Shown: positions 1 through 10,696 of the stretch, piece by piece
How positions within the stretch are numbered: position 1 is the first letter of the stretch
Layout of the letters: each line of letters opens with the position of its first letter
Assembly: GCA_963818965.1 (NCBI GenBank)
Contig: CAWFUG010000011.1
Span: forward strand, 352,001 to 416,000
Reading direction: 5' to 3'
Source of the DNA: an uncultured Verrucomicrobiae bacterium
GTDB lineage: Bacteria; Chlamydiota; Chlamydiia; Chlamydiales; Rhabdochlamydiaceae
Length of the DNA stretch: 64,000 nt
Translations under genes and position numbers: made by a program
Notes under the pieces: model-generated
What the model saw: the letters and a program-made list of their open reading frames with translations, nothing else
The model's database searches: none
Told to the model about the DNA's origin: nothing

Positions 1-2
1 CA

Positions 3-32
3 TTGACTTTTTCCTAAGAGGTTTCTTATAGT
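3..32 (+). promoter_or_regulatory. Putative sigma66/sigma70-type promoter of serS
   Basis: TTGACT(3-8)-18 bp-TATAGT(27-32); RBS AAGGAG at 63-68 before ATG 76. Confidence 0.55.
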
Positions 33-75
33 GGCTTGATATTTTATACATAGAGATGCCCTAAGGAGACAGAAA

Positions 76-1353
76 ATGCTCGACATCAAGCTCATTCGCA
101 CCCATCGTGAACAGATCGAAAAAAGGCTGCGCACCAAGGACCCTGAGATCGACCTCTCGTCGATCGTCGTTCTCGACGAGCGGATTCGGGTGATCAAGAT
201 CGCGGTCGAGGAGCTCAAGGCAGCGCGCAACCACCTCTCGAAAGAGATCGGGGAGAAGAAACGGCAGAAGCTCGATACGACAGCTCTCATGGAAGAGGTC
301 TCCGGATTTGGGGAAAAAATCGCCCTCCTGGACGAAGAGCTCACTCTGTTGGAAAAAGAGCTGCATTTCAAGCTCGCCTCGCTTCCTAACTTGCCCGAAG
401 AAGAGACCAAAATCTCGCTCGACCCGAAGGACAATGTCTGTATCAAGACAGTCGGCGAAAAGCGGGTGTTTTCCTTTACCTTTAAAAATCACGTCGAGCT
501 CAATGAAAGACTCGATCTCTTTGACTTCAAACGAGGCGCCAAAATATCGGGCAGCGGGTGGCCTGTTTACAAAGGGATGGGCGCGCGGCTCGAATGGGCG
601 CTTCTCAATTTCATGATCGATATCCACATCGAAAATGGGTTCGAGATGTGGATGCCCCCTCTCCTCGTCCGCCCTGAGACGATGTTCGGATCGGGTCAGC
701 TTCCTAAGTTCGAAAAGCAGCTCTTTAAGATTTCCGATGAAGACTATCAGCTCTATCTAATTCCCACCTCTGAGGTCCCCCTCAATGGACTCTACCACGA
801 TGAGATCTTCAAAGATGAGGATCTCCCGAAGAAGTTCATCGCCTATACCCCTTGTTTTCGCAGAGAGGCGGGAGCCGCCGGCTCTCAAGAGCGTGGGCTC
901 ATCCGGATGCACCAATTCAATAAAGTAGAGATGTTCTCATTTGCTACCCCCGATCAAAGCGATGCGATCTTCTCAGAGATGATGGCAAGTGCGGAGATGA
1001 TCCTCTCAGGATTGGGACTTCACTACCGGAACATGCTCCTCGTAACAGGCGATATGTCGTTTGCCGCAGCGAAGACTATCGACATCGAAGTGTGGCTCCC
1101 CGGACAAAACCGCTACTACGAGGTCTCCTCCGTCTCCCATTGCACCGATTACCAAGCGCGCAGATCCCAGATCCGCTACCGCCATAAAGAGGAAAAACCA
1201 GAATTCGTCCACACATTGAACGGATCGGGCTTGGCCACCTCGCGCCTCATGGTCGCGCTTTTGGAGAATTACCAAAATGAGGATGGCTCTGTAAGCCTCC
1301 CCGTGGTATTACATAAATATCTGGGTGGAATAAAAGAGTTGCGTCCCACTTAG
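76..1353 (+). CDS. serS: Serine--tRNA ligase
   Basis: 425 aa; MLDIKLIR N-terminus, PTSEVPL, FRREAG..RGLIRMHQFNKVE, EVSSVSHCTDYQARR, HTLNGSGLA motifs. Confidence 0.98.
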   Translation: MLDIKLIRTHREQIEKRLRTKDPEIDLSSIVVLDERIRVIKIAVEELKAARNHLSKEIGEKKRQKLDTTALMEEVSGFGEKIALLDEELTLLEKELHFKLASLPNLPEEETKISLDPKDNVCIKTVGEKRVFSFTFKNHVELNERLDLFDFKRGAKISGSGWPVYKGMGARLEWALLNFMIDIHIENGFEMWMPPLLVRPETMFGSGQLPKFEKQLFKISDEDYQLYLIPTSEVPLNGLYHDEIFKDEDLPKKFIAYTPCFRREAGAAGSQERGLIRMHQFNKVEMFSFATPDQSDAIFSEMMASAEMILSGLGLHYRNMLLVTGDMSFAAAKTIDIEVWLPGQNRYYEVSSVSHCTDYQARRSQIRYRHKEEKPEFVHTLNGSGLATSRLMVALLENYQNEDGSVSLPVVLHKYLGGIKELRPT

Positions 1354-1358
1354 TGTGG

Positions 1359-1484
1359 TATAAATTTTACCACAGAGAGGGGAAACCACAGAGAGGAAAT
1401 TTTTTAAATAACCTTTCAGAGCCAGAAAAGCTGTTTAAAAAATTTCCTCTCTGTGGTTTCCCCTCTCTGTGGTAAAATTGCATA
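1359..1484. repeat. Family A palindromic element (CCACAGAG-based, REP/MITE-like), copy 1
   Basis: 46-bp perfect inverted repeat 1363-1408/1434-1479 (AATTTTACCACAGAGAGGGGAAACCACAGAGAGGAAATTTTTTAAA), 25-bp spacer, TA at both ends. Confidence 0.9.
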
Positions 1485-1540
1485 TGTCAGAACAGGATGA
1501 TGGGGAACTCTATACCCCACCCACTTAAGTGAGGAGGAGC

Positions 1541-2827
1541 ATGTCACACGTTTTGTCAGATCTGAAGCGTTTTTTGGATGCTGCGCCGACGGCGTGGCAT
1601 GCGGTTAAGGAGATCGGCAATCGACTTGCCTCGAGAGATTTCATCCCTCTCTATGAAGAGGAGAAGTGGCATTTAGAACCGGGAAAGCGGTATTTCTTCT
1701 CGCGCGGAGGGGCTCTTGCGGCCTTCTGTCTGCCGCAAAAGAAGATCGAAAGAGCGCTTCTTCTCGCCTCACATACCGACAGTCCTGCGCTAAAGATCAA
1801 ACCATTGCCCACCTTCCAGTGCGAAAATATGATCCAGTTCGGGGTAGAGGTCTATGGGAGTCCTCTTCTCAATTCCTGGCTCAATCGGGACCTGGTCATG
1901 GCCGGTAGGGTCGTCATCACGAATGCGGAAGGAAAGGCTGAAGAGCGGCTCGTTCTGCTCGATGATGCGATCCTCTTCATTCCCCAACTGGCGATCCACC
2001 TCGATCGAGAAGTGAATGACAAGGGGCTTTTACTCAACAAGCAAGAACACCTGTGTCCCATCGTTGGTCTGAGTAAAGACTCCAGAGACCCACTGGATGC
2101 GATAGAAGTCCTTCTAAGACGTCATCTATCCTTCCACTCTCTGCTCTCCTTCGAGCTCTTCCTGGTCCCCCATGAGACCTCCCAGTTCGTCGGCATGAAT
2201 GCAGAGATGATCGCCTCCTACCGGATCGACAACCTCGCGAGTGCCCATGCGGCCCTTTCCGCCTTTGGCGCGGTCGAAAAACCTTCTCAAAACACATTAA
2301 ACATCGCTCTCTTCTGGGATCATGAAGAGATCGGCTCTCATACAAAAGAAGGCGCAGCTTCGCCGCTAGCAAATGATCTCTTTGAGAGGATCGGCCACTG
2401 TTTAAAAATCGATGAAGAAGAGAGAGTGTTGATCAAAAACCGCTCCCTCTGCATCTCTCTCGATATGGCCCATGCATTAAATCCCAACTATCCTAAAAAA
2501 CACGATCCTCAGCACAAACCCCTCTTAGGCGAAGGAATTGTGATCAAGCACAACGCCAACCAAAGATATGCCTCTAACGCCCTCTCAGCCGCTGTCATCG
2601 TTCACGCGTGTCAACACCTCAACCTCCCCTATCAATCCTATGTCTGTCGTTCTGATCTCCCCTGTGGGAGCACTGTCGGCCCTATCCTGGCTCAGACGCT
2701 CGGAATCAACACAGTCGATATCGGCTGTCCCCAGCTTTCGATGCACGCGATCCGCGAAGTGATGGCCTGTCAGGACTACCAGCAGATGCTCCAACTGCTC
2801 ATCTACTTACTCCAAGAGAGCACATGA
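1541..2827 (+). CDS. M18-family (aspartyl) aminopeptidase
   Basis: SHTDSP, RIDNLAS, DHEEIGS, DMAHALNPNY, PCGSTVGP, QLSMHAIRE motifs; RBS GAGGAGG before ATG 1541. Confidence 0.92.
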   Translation: MSHVLSDLKRFLDAAPTAWHAVKEIGNRLASRDFIPLYEEEKWHLEPGKRYFFSRGGALAAFCLPQKKIERALLLASHTDSPALKIKPLPTFQCENMIQFGVEVYGSPLLNSWLNRDLVMAGRVVITNAEGKAEERLVLLDDAILFIPQLAIHLDREVNDKGLLLNKQEHLCPIVGLSKDSRDPLDAIEVLLRRHLSFHSLLSFELFLVPHETSQFVGMNAEMIASYRIDNLASAHAALSAFGAVEKPSQNTLNIALFWDHEEIGSHTKEGAASPLANDLFERIGHCLKIDEEERVLIKNRSLCISLDMAHALNPNYPKKHDPQHKPLLGEGIVIKHNANQRYASNALSAAVIVHACQHLNLPYQSYVCRSDLPCGSTVGPILAQTLGINTVDIGCPQLSMHAIREVMACQDYQQMLQLLIYLLQEST

Positions 2828-3582
2828 ATCTACCCCCTCCTTCCGATCACTTCCAAGGCAAATCAGTCGTTGAACACTTAAGAGAAGCGCGCACCCGCGG
2901 GGCAACGCTTGCCGCTGAAGTCCACGGGGCAGAAATGCCCGGTTCTCTTTCTGCTCTATGCGATGCTTCTAAAGAGGTTGCCCTCGCCCTTCTGCTCTTG
3001 TGGATCCTCTTTCATAGCTTGGGAATAGCGGGGAAATTTTGGGCAGCAGCTCTGCTCTTTTCCTGTGGCTGGACGGTGTGGAAGACGGGAAGAAGCGCTC
3101 TTTTAGGATGGACCCGCATGGAGCGACTTCACCGTCTGATCGAAGAAGAGCGCTGGGAAATCGAACACCATAGAGAGCAAGAGAGAGAAGAGCTGACCGA
3201 GATGTACCGCGCCAAGGGATTTGAGGGTGAGCTGCTCGAAGCAGTGATAGATACCCTCATGGCTGACGATAATCGGCTTCTTCGCGTGATGCTCGAAGAA
3301 GAACTGGGATTGACACTAGAGGCCATTGAGCACCCGATCCGACAAGCACTGGGAGCCTTCATCGGAGCTTTGGGCGCAGCTCTGCTCTGTCTATTCGGTT
3401 TTTGGGTGGCCTCTTCTTGTGGATTGATCGTCACAACGGTTCTCATTCTCTTTTTCTCGACCCTTTTATCGATCCGGCTGGAGCGCAACCCTGTGCTGCA
3501 TCTCTTAACATGGAACTTAGCCGTGGCGGGCTTGAGCATCGCCGTGCTTTATTTTCTCATTCCCCTTACTGTATCACGATGA
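2824..3582 (+). CDS. VIT1/CCC1-family membrane protein (putative Fe/Mn transporter)
   Basis: TM helices flanking the acidic EREELTEMYRAKGF...MLEEELG cytoplasmic segment; ATGA overlap with the upstream gene. Confidence 0.75.
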   Translation: MNLPPPSDHFQGKSVVEHLREARTRGATLAAEVHGAEMPGSLSALCDASKEVALALLLLWILFHSLGIAGKFWAAALLFSCGWTVWKTGRSALLGWTRMERLHRLIEEERWEIEHHREQEREELTEMYRAKGFEGELLEAVIDTLMADDNRLLRVMLEEELGLTLEAIEHPIRQALGAFIGALGAALLCLFGFWVASSCGLIVTTVLILFFSTLLSIRLERNPVLHLLTWNLAVAGLSIAVLYFLIPLTVSR

Positions 3583-5561
3583 GCAACCCCTCGACCCCTT
3601 ATCTCTTCGATGAATTTTTCGCCTCGGGAAAAGAGGAGAGCATCAGTCCCTTTCTCACGCCTTCCTCTCGTCTTTTGGGAAAAAACCTCTCGTTAAAGTC
3701 CGCTCTCTTCGGCGGCTTTTTGTTAGCTCTAGCCTTTATCAGCTCCTTCTTCTCGGTCCCCCTCTCCCATCTTCTCTTATCCTTCGTCTACTTTTTGGTA
3801 GGGACCCCGGCCCTGATCGGCGCCATCGAAGATCTTAAAAACCTCCAGATCAACATCGACGTCCTGATGACCTTTGCTGCCCTGCTCTCTGTGCTCATCG
3901 GCAGCGAATTGGAGGGAGCTCTTTTGCTGGTGCTGTTTGAAATTTCCGCCGCGATGGAGAACATGGTCACAGAAAAGACGAAGGGAACTCTCCTCAGTCT
4001 CAATCAGCTCTCCCCGCGATTCGCCTATTGCATCGATGCAGCAGGGAGCGTCTTCCCTAAAGCTGTCAAGGAGATCAAAGTCGGCGCCCAATTGCTCATC
4101 AAAGCCGGAGAGATCATCCCCCTGGATGGGATCGTGTTGCATGGGGGCTCCTTTGTCAATCTCTTCCACCTGACGGGAGAGAGCCTACCCGTGTCTAAAA
4201 GAGAAAGGGATGAAGTGCAGGCTGGCTCTTACAATCTCGATGGGACTTTGACGATCGAGGTCACGCGCACGAGTGCCGATTCGACGTTGAGCCGGATCAT
4301 CCAACTGATCACTCAGGCACAAGAAGCAAAGCCTCGCCTGCAGAAATTCCTCGATCGATTCGGCAAGTGGTACGCTCTTACGATCATCTCGCTTGCCTTT
4401 CTACTCGCGCTTTTCCTCCCTCCCCTCTTTTCTATCCCCTATCTCGGAACGGAAGGGGGGATCTACCGCGCTTTAACTTTCCTCATCGCCGCCTCCCCCT
4501 GTGCGCTGATCTTAGCGACACCGACTGCTTATTTGAGTGCGATCAGCAGCTGTGCCAAACGGGGAATTTTACTCAAAGGGGGGATCATCCTCGACGCCAT
4601 CGCCAGCTGCAAAGCGATCGCCTTCGATAAGACGGGAACCTTAACGACAGGTAAGCTCTCTTGCGTCTCGATGCGACAAGTCTCAAAAACGGAGCCGATC
4701 TGCACAGAACAAGAGGCCCTCTCGATCGCCTATGCGCTCGAGAGAAATGCCGTGCATCCGATCGCCGATGCGCTCGTAGGGTTTGCAAAAGAGCGAGGCG
4801 TTTCTCCTTACGCGCTAGTCGATTTTAAGGCGATCCCCGGATTTGGTCTACAAGCGCAAGTTTCACTCCCTTCTGGTTCTTTTACCGCCTTTCTCGGCCA
4901 CCCAGAGTTTATCCATTCTAAGAGTCCCGATGCGCTCGCCAAAACATGGGCACTAGAAGACTTCAGAAAAGAGGGACACCTCGACACCCTCCTTCTGATC
5001 GATGAGACCCTGTTTCTCTTCCATTTTGTCGACACCCTACGCGAAGAGTCCCTCTCTCTGATCGAGCGCTTAAAGACGCGCCAGAACCTATCTCCTATCA
5101 TGCTGACAGGGGATCACCAGGAAAGCGCAGCCACTGTCGCGCGACAATTGGGAATCGACGCCTTTTTTGCCAATCTGCGCCCTGAAGATAAATTGAAAAA
5201 AGTCTCTGAAATCGCAGACAAAGAGGGGCTGATCATGGTGGGAGATGGGATTAACGATGCCCCTGCCCTCGCGCGGGCTACGGTGGGGATCTCTTTAGGC
5301 AAGATCGGCAGTGCCACTGCCATCGATGCCTCCGATGTCGTCTTTTTAAACGACGATTTGAGCACCCTCGACTGGCTCATCGCTAAATCGCATCAAACCC
5401 TGGCCATCGTGAAACAGAACATCACCCTCGCCCTCTCCGTTATCCTCTGCGCCACCCTCCCCGCCGTCCTAGGGATCGTCCCCCTGTGGATCGCGGTCGT
5501 CCTGCACGAAGGGGGTTCCGTTCTCGTAGGCCTCAATTCTCTGCGTTTATTGCGGAAATAG
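3579..5561 (+). CDS. zntA: Heavy-metal P1B-type ATPase (P1B-4-like)
   Basis: TGES, SPC, DKTGT, HP, TGD, GDGINDAPALA, HEGG motifs; start moved to ATG 3579 (ATGA overlap). Confidence 0.92.
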   Translation: MSNPSTPYLFDEFFASGKEESISPFLTPSSRLLGKNLSLKSALFGGFLLALAFISSFFSVPLSHLLLSFVYFLVGTPALIGAIEDLKNLQINIDVLMTFAALLSVLIGSELEGALLLVLFEISAAMENMVTEKTKGTLLSLNQLSPRFAYCIDAAGSVFPKAVKEIKVGAQLLIKAGEIIPLDGIVLHGGSFVNLFHLTGESLPVSKRERDEVQAGSYNLDGTLTIEVTRTSADSTLSRIIQLITQAQEAKPRLQKFLDRFGKWYALTIISLAFLLALFLPPLFSIPYLGTEGGIYRALTFLIAASPCALILATPTAYLSAISSCAKRGILLKGGIILDAIASCKAIAFDKTGTLTTGKLSCVSMRQVSKTEPICTEQEALSIAYALERNAVHPIADALVGFAKERGVSPYALVDFKAIPGFGLQAQVSLPSGSFTAFLGHPEFIHSKSPDALAKTWALEDFRKEGHLDTLLLIDETLFLFHFVDTLREESLSLIERLKTRQNLSPIMLTGDHQESAATVARQLGIDAFFANLRPEDKLKKVSEIADKEGLIMVGDGINDAPALARATVGISLGKIGSATAIDASDVVFLNDDLSTLDWLIAKSHQTLAIVKQNITLALSVILCATLPAVLGIVPLWIAVVLHEGGSVLVGLNSLRLLRK

Positions 5562-7862
5562 CCTTAAAGGGCGCAGTTCTCTGAATTTTTTGAGCCAGGT
5601 GGCGCGCATGAATCCATTGAAGTCTGCGATGAGGGTATTTGTCTCTCGGAGGCATTGCTGTGCATCTTCACTCCTCAAAAAGAGTTCGAGAGCTCCTTTA
5701 TTCTTACAACGGAGGCGGAGGAGCTCTGCTAGTTTTTGTGCATGCGCTCTGAAGCCTTCTGCAGAGGGCGTATAGACACCGACTGCTGCCATCTGTTCAT
5801 CCTGCCACGCAGATTCTCGAGGTTGAAGAGGGGGATAAGTATGCAAAAACCCATTCACACGCCCGATGATGCCCTGAAGGCGCAACCTCCAGTTGCCCAT
5901 AAAGAAAGAGCGCTCTTCGCCTTCTAAAAGCGCTGCATCTGGGATCTCCAATGGTTCAATCGAAAGAGAAAGCTCTTTAAAAATGCGTAAGGATTTCATC
6001 GATCGATCGCTTTCCAAGATGGGCTCGATCTTTGCTGCGACGTAATCCTGGTCAAAATTTAGGCCGAGAGCAGGGATGCAGAAAAGCTTTCCACTCCATT
6101 GAGACATCAATTTGCTGTAGAGCTCTTGCAACACCAGAGTTTTATCCCCGTATACAGAGGGAAAAGTTCCCTCGGGGGCATCTCCCATAAAATCGAAAAA
6201 ACAAAATGTGCGCCTGAGCCCTTCCGTATCCAAATTTGCGAGCCTAGGCTCTAATTTTGAACGGATCACATCGAATAAATGAGAGACGACCGCAGGTCCC
6301 ATTGTATCCCACAAAAAAGCCATTTTATGCCGATTCTCTTCATGAACCGCATGGATAAGCGCTTTAACGAGGACGAGATTTCTTACCCGTTCAATCACGG
6401 TAAAGGACGGCTCTTGAGAGCCGCTATAATGCAAAGAAAATGCCTTCAAAACAATCGAATATAAGGGTATCCGCGCTCCCAGCTCCTTCAAAGAGCGCCT
6501 ATCATTTCTCTCTAATGCAGAGCGCATCCCATTAAGGACCTCAAGAGTGGCGTTGAGTTTAGATTCCTGGAAACTGGACAAACAGGGAGCAGAAAAATTA
6601 CGAGCGGAAATCACTCCAGTATTCAATTTTCCTCCCCTCTCCGATAGATCCGCTGTATAGCTCAGACAGCCCATCATGCGCAATTGAAAACTATCTACAT
6701 ATATACTAACAGGATCCTGTCCTGAAGCATCCTTTCCTAAATTGACCTCAATTCCCTCTTCATCTTCCTCTATTTTGCACACACGCAAACGAGATCGACC
6801 CACCTCAGCCACATCTTCGTAGGTGTAATACAAAATGTTGTTTTCGATCTGGATCTCCTTAATCCTGCTCGTCTCAGAACAGCGAATGCAGTTCCCATAA
6901 CGGAGTTGGAGTCGACCGGTTAAATCGAGAATACAGCAACCCAGCTCATAGTAAATACCAGAATCTGTTGGGACAGGTCCGGCATTGTAAAAGAGGACTA
7001 AGCGATCCCCTTCGACTTTGAGCGCCACTAGCCTACAATTTATGTCGCTTCCTCCCCTATCAAAATAGGGGTCAAATGCGAGTTCAACGGCCTCCTTTTC
7101 TCCCTTTAAATCCTGGCTTAAGATTTGCTTGCGATCATCTAGATAGATGATTTGATCTTTATAGATGTCAAACCATCTCGATGCATCCAAGTTTAAAAGA
7201 TTCACGCCGTTTACAAGTTGCATTTTTTCTTGGCTGAGATCCCAAACTTCAATTATTGAAGATGTCCAGTCGAGACAGAAGAGCTCCTTATCTCGCACGC
7301 GCATTCCTGAGTAACGACTTGTAAAAGGAGTTACCTCATGCGTTTCTACATTTACGCAGCGCAAAACACCATCTAGAGAATGGATGAACATCCGGGGAAA
7401 GCAAAAATGAACTGCTCTTACTTGGGACCCCATGGGGTTCTCAAATGGGATGGTGATCTGCCGATTTTCAAATTTCTTCTGCACAGTGATCCCCGCATCA
7501 CCGACTAAATAAAAAACGTGCTCGCGTTCTCTAAAAAAACGACAGTTTACATTCGTGCGCTGCCGGAGAAGCCTGACATATCTCCGCGCTGGAATATTAT
7601 CGGGAATCTGCGCGTGGGCCTGCAGCATGATAGCCCGGAAAATCGCGTAAGGCGTTTCTCGTTTCAGATCAGGCTTGTAAGCAGCATAAAGACACGGTTG
7701 GAGCCTCTTGAGGTCAAACAACCAGTAAACAGAGTCATTCGCAGTGACCTCATAGAGCCGTTTGTCTGCGCCCATTAGACGCATCCGGGCATTTAAGGGT
7801 AACCAGCTGCAAATCGATTCTATAGAGTCGTCATGCATGTTTGTAAAGGGATTGATCGCCAT
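5547..7862 (-). CDS. F-box-like N-terminus + beta-rich (propeller-like) + helical C-terminal protein, paralog 1
   Basis: N-term PFTNMHDDSIESICSWLP..MRLMGADKRLYEV resembles an F-box; full-length similarity to the next two genes; start probably ATG 7862. Confidence 0.7.
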   Translation of the reverse strand: MAINPFTNMHDDSIESICSWLPLNARMRLMGADKRLYEVTANDSVYWLFDLKRLQPCLYAAYKPDLKRETPYAIFRAIMLQAHAQIPDNIPARRYVRLLRQRTNVNCRFFREREHVFYLVGDAGITVQKKFENRQITIPFENPMGSQVRAVHFCFPRMFIHSLDGVLRCVNVETHEVTPFTSRYSGMRVRDKELFCLDWTSSIIEVWDLSQEKMQLVNGVNLLNLDASRWFDIYKDQIIYLDDRKQILSQDLKGEKEAVELAFDPYFDRGGSDINCRLVALKVEGDRLVLFYNAGPVPTDSGIYYELGCCILDLTGRLQLRYGNCIRCSETSRIKEIQIENNILYYTYEDVAEVGRSRLRVCKIEEDEEGIEVNLGKDASGQDPVSIYVDSFQLRMMGCLSYTADLSERGGKLNTGVISARNFSAPCLSSFQESKLNATLEVLNGMRSALERNDRRSLKELGARIPLYSIVLKAFSLHYSGSQEPSFTVIERVRNLVLVKALIHAVHEENRHKMAFLWDTMGPAVVSHLFDVIRSKLEPRLANLDTEGLRRTFCFFDFMGDAPEGTFPSVYGDKTLVLQELYSKLMSQWSGKLFCIPALGLNFDQDYVAAKIEPILESDRSMKSLRIFKELSLSIEPLEIPDAALLEGEERSFFMGNWRLRLQGIIGRVNGFLHTYPPLQPRESAWQDEQMAAVGVYTPSAEGFRAHAQKLAELLRLRCKNKGALELFLRSEDAQQCLRETNTLIADFNGFMRATWLKKFRELRPLRLFPQ

Positions 7863-7987
7863 AATAAATAACCTTATTTTTTCGTTTTCATTCAAATATA
7901 AAACAAAACCAAAAATAAAATCAATTACTTAAACGATTAAATAAATATTAATTAACTGCGCAAAGGGCATTCCAGCAAGAAGGGATA

Positions 7988-8070
7988 TATGCAATTTCAC
8001 CACAGAGAGGAAATTCATATTAAAAAATTTCCTATCTGCGGTTTTCCATCTCTGTGGTGAAATTCAGCTA
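7988..8070. repeat. Family A element, copy 2 (degenerate)
   Basis: TATGCAATTTCACCACAGAGAGGAAATT ... AATTTCCTATCTGCGGTTTTCCATCTCTGTGGTGAAATT. Confidence 0.8.
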
Positions 8071-8088
8071 TTTATGCAACAAAGCCGA

Positions 8089-10485
8089 CTACTGAGCCGG
8101 CGGCTTTGTTGCTTCGCTCGCCTCTTTCCATTTTTTGAGGATCTCTTTTCGCATAAATGCCTTGAAATCCTTAATGAGCGTGTCTACTTCCTCTATCCAT
8201 TGCAGTCCTTCTGGGCTGCTTAAAAAGAGTTGCAACGTCTCTTCATTTTGAAAATGAAAGTCAAAGCTGTTTCGCAGTGTTTGCGCGTGAGATTTAAACC
8301 CTTCCCAAGAACTTGGGTAGACTCCGATTGCTTCAGATAGCATCTTATCTTGCCACCTCGATTCTAAAGACTCAATGAGGAGAGGGACATAGTCCAAGCT
8401 TTGCTCTATATGCTTATAATAGAGCAAAACCCTATCAGCATACGCGATGAGTAGAGGAAGATACCCCGCTGCGTTTTTAACTGAGAACTGCAAATCTTCT
8501 TGAGCCATCAACAGGGGTATATCCACTTTCCACAAGTCAATCGATTCTAAAAGATCTGCGAGGGGTTGGAACAGCTCCCTCGATCGAGTATCAGTGGCGA
8601 GGACTGGCTCGATCCCCGCAGCTTCGTAATCCTGTTCGCAATAAAGCCCCAGAGCTGGGACTGAGAAAAGGGGCCTCCCCCACTGAGAGATCAACTGAAT
8701 ATGCAACCGAGCTAAAGATAGGATCTTAGACTTGTAGGCAAATTCGAGAGGAACATTATGACTAAAATCAAAGGAGCAAAAAGCTTGTTTGATCACTTCC
8801 GCGTTAAAGGGGGCCTCCCTCCGGTAGGTTTTATGAATCAAGCTCCATAAATCAGAGACCACAGGTCCCATCGCGTCCAATAAAAAGGTCATTTCACTGC
8901 TATCTTCATTGTGGATCGCATGAAAAAGTGCCTGGATAAGACAGGAGACTTTCAATCTTTCAATCGCTTTGAGACAGGGCTCTGGAGAGCCACTATAGTG
9001 CAACGAAAAACCCTTCAATGAATTCTGAAACAGGGGTAACCGCTTCTCGAGCTCTTGCAACCATCCTCTTTGGTTTTTTCTCACAGCGATTTCCATCTCC
9101 TGGAGAATTTCAAGAGTCGCATCGATCTGGGATTTTGGCCACTCAGAGTGGCAAGAAGCACCCAAACTAAGTTCAGTGACTTTCCCGGTATTTAATTTGT
9201 TTCCAGCCCTATTTAAGTCTGCTCCATAATGGATAAGACAGGACAACCCTCGCAGTTGAAAGCTATCCGATTCAATTTTAGAGGAGGTTGTTAAATCGAC
9301 CTTAATCTCCTGATCTTCGCAGTCTATTTTGCAAACATGCAAAATAGACTTTCCATGATCTGCAACCCCCTCATAGATATAATAGAGAAGATCCCCTTGA
9401 ATCTGAATTTCCTTAATCCTACTCTGCTCAGTACAGGGGATACACGTTCCATAACGCACAGCGAGGTGTGGCATTTTTAAATCGACGACGCAACACCCCT
9501 GTTGATAAGTCGGGATAGGGGTTTTGTTAATAGGACCTGAATGGAAAAAGACGACCAAGCGATCCCCTTCCACTTTGAGCGCATTGATAGTAATATTTTC
9601 TGGAATCCAGTCGTTACTAAAACGGGCGGGGTAGAAAGGGAAGGCATTAATATTTTCCGACAGGGATTGTTCCGATCCTTCTTCTAAAGTTTGAATTACA
9701 ACACGGGCCTCATCATCCGCATAGAAAATCACATCTTCATAAACATCGAATAGCCCCGACAAACACTCGCGCAAAAGGTGCACTTCTCCCCTTTTTTCGA
9801 CTGTTTCTGTGCTTAAATCCCAAATTTCAAAATCATCAGTGGTAAAAAAGAAAAGCTCCCGATTGCGCACACGCATTCCTGAACAATCATTTGAGATCTC
9901 AGAAACGCTTCCCGTCGCCACATTCACGCAGCGCAAGAGGTCATCTGCAAAGTGAATGATCATGAGCGGAAAGCAACAGTGGGCCGCCTTTACCCGGGAA
10001 CCACTTTGATTCTGAAGATTTATCCTAGACCGGGTCTCTCCGCTAAGTCGGTTGCAAATGCAAATCTCAACATCCCCGATGAAATAAAGGGCATCCCCCT
10101 TCTGCTTGATAAAGCGGCAATTTCCCTGAAACGGTTGGATACTTACGGTCCGATGTCTCAACGTGCGAATATTATTGAGAAGCTTCTCTTGGATCTGGGC
10201 CGCTATAGCCTGGAAGACGGCATAGGGTGTTTCTAGTTTAAAATTGGGTCGATAAGCGGTAAAAAGGCAGGGATAGAACCTTTTAAGCGCGGGCAACCAA
10301 AGGAAGGGATCATTTGCAATCACTGCATAAAGGCGTTTGTCCGCACCCATGAGATGGGTGGTATCCCTTTTGTTCGGTAGCCACTGGCAAATGAGCGCCG
10401 TGAGATCCTCATGCAGCGCACCCAAATGATTAAAAGGAACCGGAGCTTGGGCAGCTCTTGGCAATCGCAATGGAGGTAAATGCAT
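8089..10485 (-). CDS. F-box-like protein, paralog 2
   Basis: LHEDLTALICQWLP..HLMGADKRLYAVIAND; shared motifs ETPYA, SGMRVR, ALKVEGDRLVVF, FSLHYSGS, PALGL, SWEGFKSHA. Confidence 0.7.
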   Translation of the reverse strand: MHLPPLRLPRAAQAPVPFNHLGALHEDLTALICQWLPNKRDTTHLMGADKRLYAVIANDPFLWLPALKRFYPCLFTAYRPNFKLETPYAVFQAIAAQIQEKLLNNIRTLRHRTVSIQPFQGNCRFIKQKGDALYFIGDVEICICNRLSGETRSRINLQNQSGSRVKAAHCCFPLMIIHFADDLLRCVNVATGSVSEISNDCSGMRVRNRELFFFTTDDFEIWDLSTETVEKRGEVHLLRECLSGLFDVYEDVIFYADDEARVVIQTLEEGSEQSLSENINAFPFYPARFSNDWIPENITINALKVEGDRLVVFFHSGPINKTPIPTYQQGCCVVDLKMPHLAVRYGTCIPCTEQSRIKEIQIQGDLLYYIYEGVADHGKSILHVCKIDCEDQEIKVDLTTSSKIESDSFQLRGLSCLIHYGADLNRAGNKLNTGKVTELSLGASCHSEWPKSQIDATLEILQEMEIAVRKNQRGWLQELEKRLPLFQNSLKGFSLHYSGSPEPCLKAIERLKVSCLIQALFHAIHNEDSSEMTFLLDAMGPVVSDLWSLIHKTYRREAPFNAEVIKQAFCSFDFSHNVPLEFAYKSKILSLARLHIQLISQWGRPLFSVPALGLYCEQDYEAAGIEPVLATDTRSRELFQPLADLLESIDLWKVDIPLLMAQEDLQFSVKNAAGYLPLLIAYADRVLLYYKHIEQSLDYVPLLIESLESRWQDKMLSEAIGVYPSSWEGFKSHAQTLRNSFDFHFQNEETLQLFLSSPEGLQWIEEVDTLIKDFKAFMRKEILKKWKEASEATKPPAQ

Positions 10486-10696
10486 AATAACAGGTTTATT
10501 TGTTGTTTCAAGCTATTAGTGGTTACTATTATGCAAAAATTGCAAATAAAATAGAATACTAATAATTATTTTAAAAAATTAGAGAACCCTCTTTTTTTGA
10601 TGGAAGGGGTATACACCGAACGCTTATACCAAACCTGGTAAAATTTTTCTTCAACTTTCGGGATTAGCTGCTAGGGCCTGTCGTCAATTGAAAGCC

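Noticed and set aside
61..627. Long antisense ORFs over serS, dnaK, lepA, gdh and others
   Set aside because: Shadow frames of well-supported genes, with no recognisable motifs.
10601..10645. Additional TATACC/GGTATA ends (also near 1511, 32140, 32315, 37694, 61680)
   Set aside because: Single or outward-facing ends without a paired hairpin; too short to distinguish from chance.
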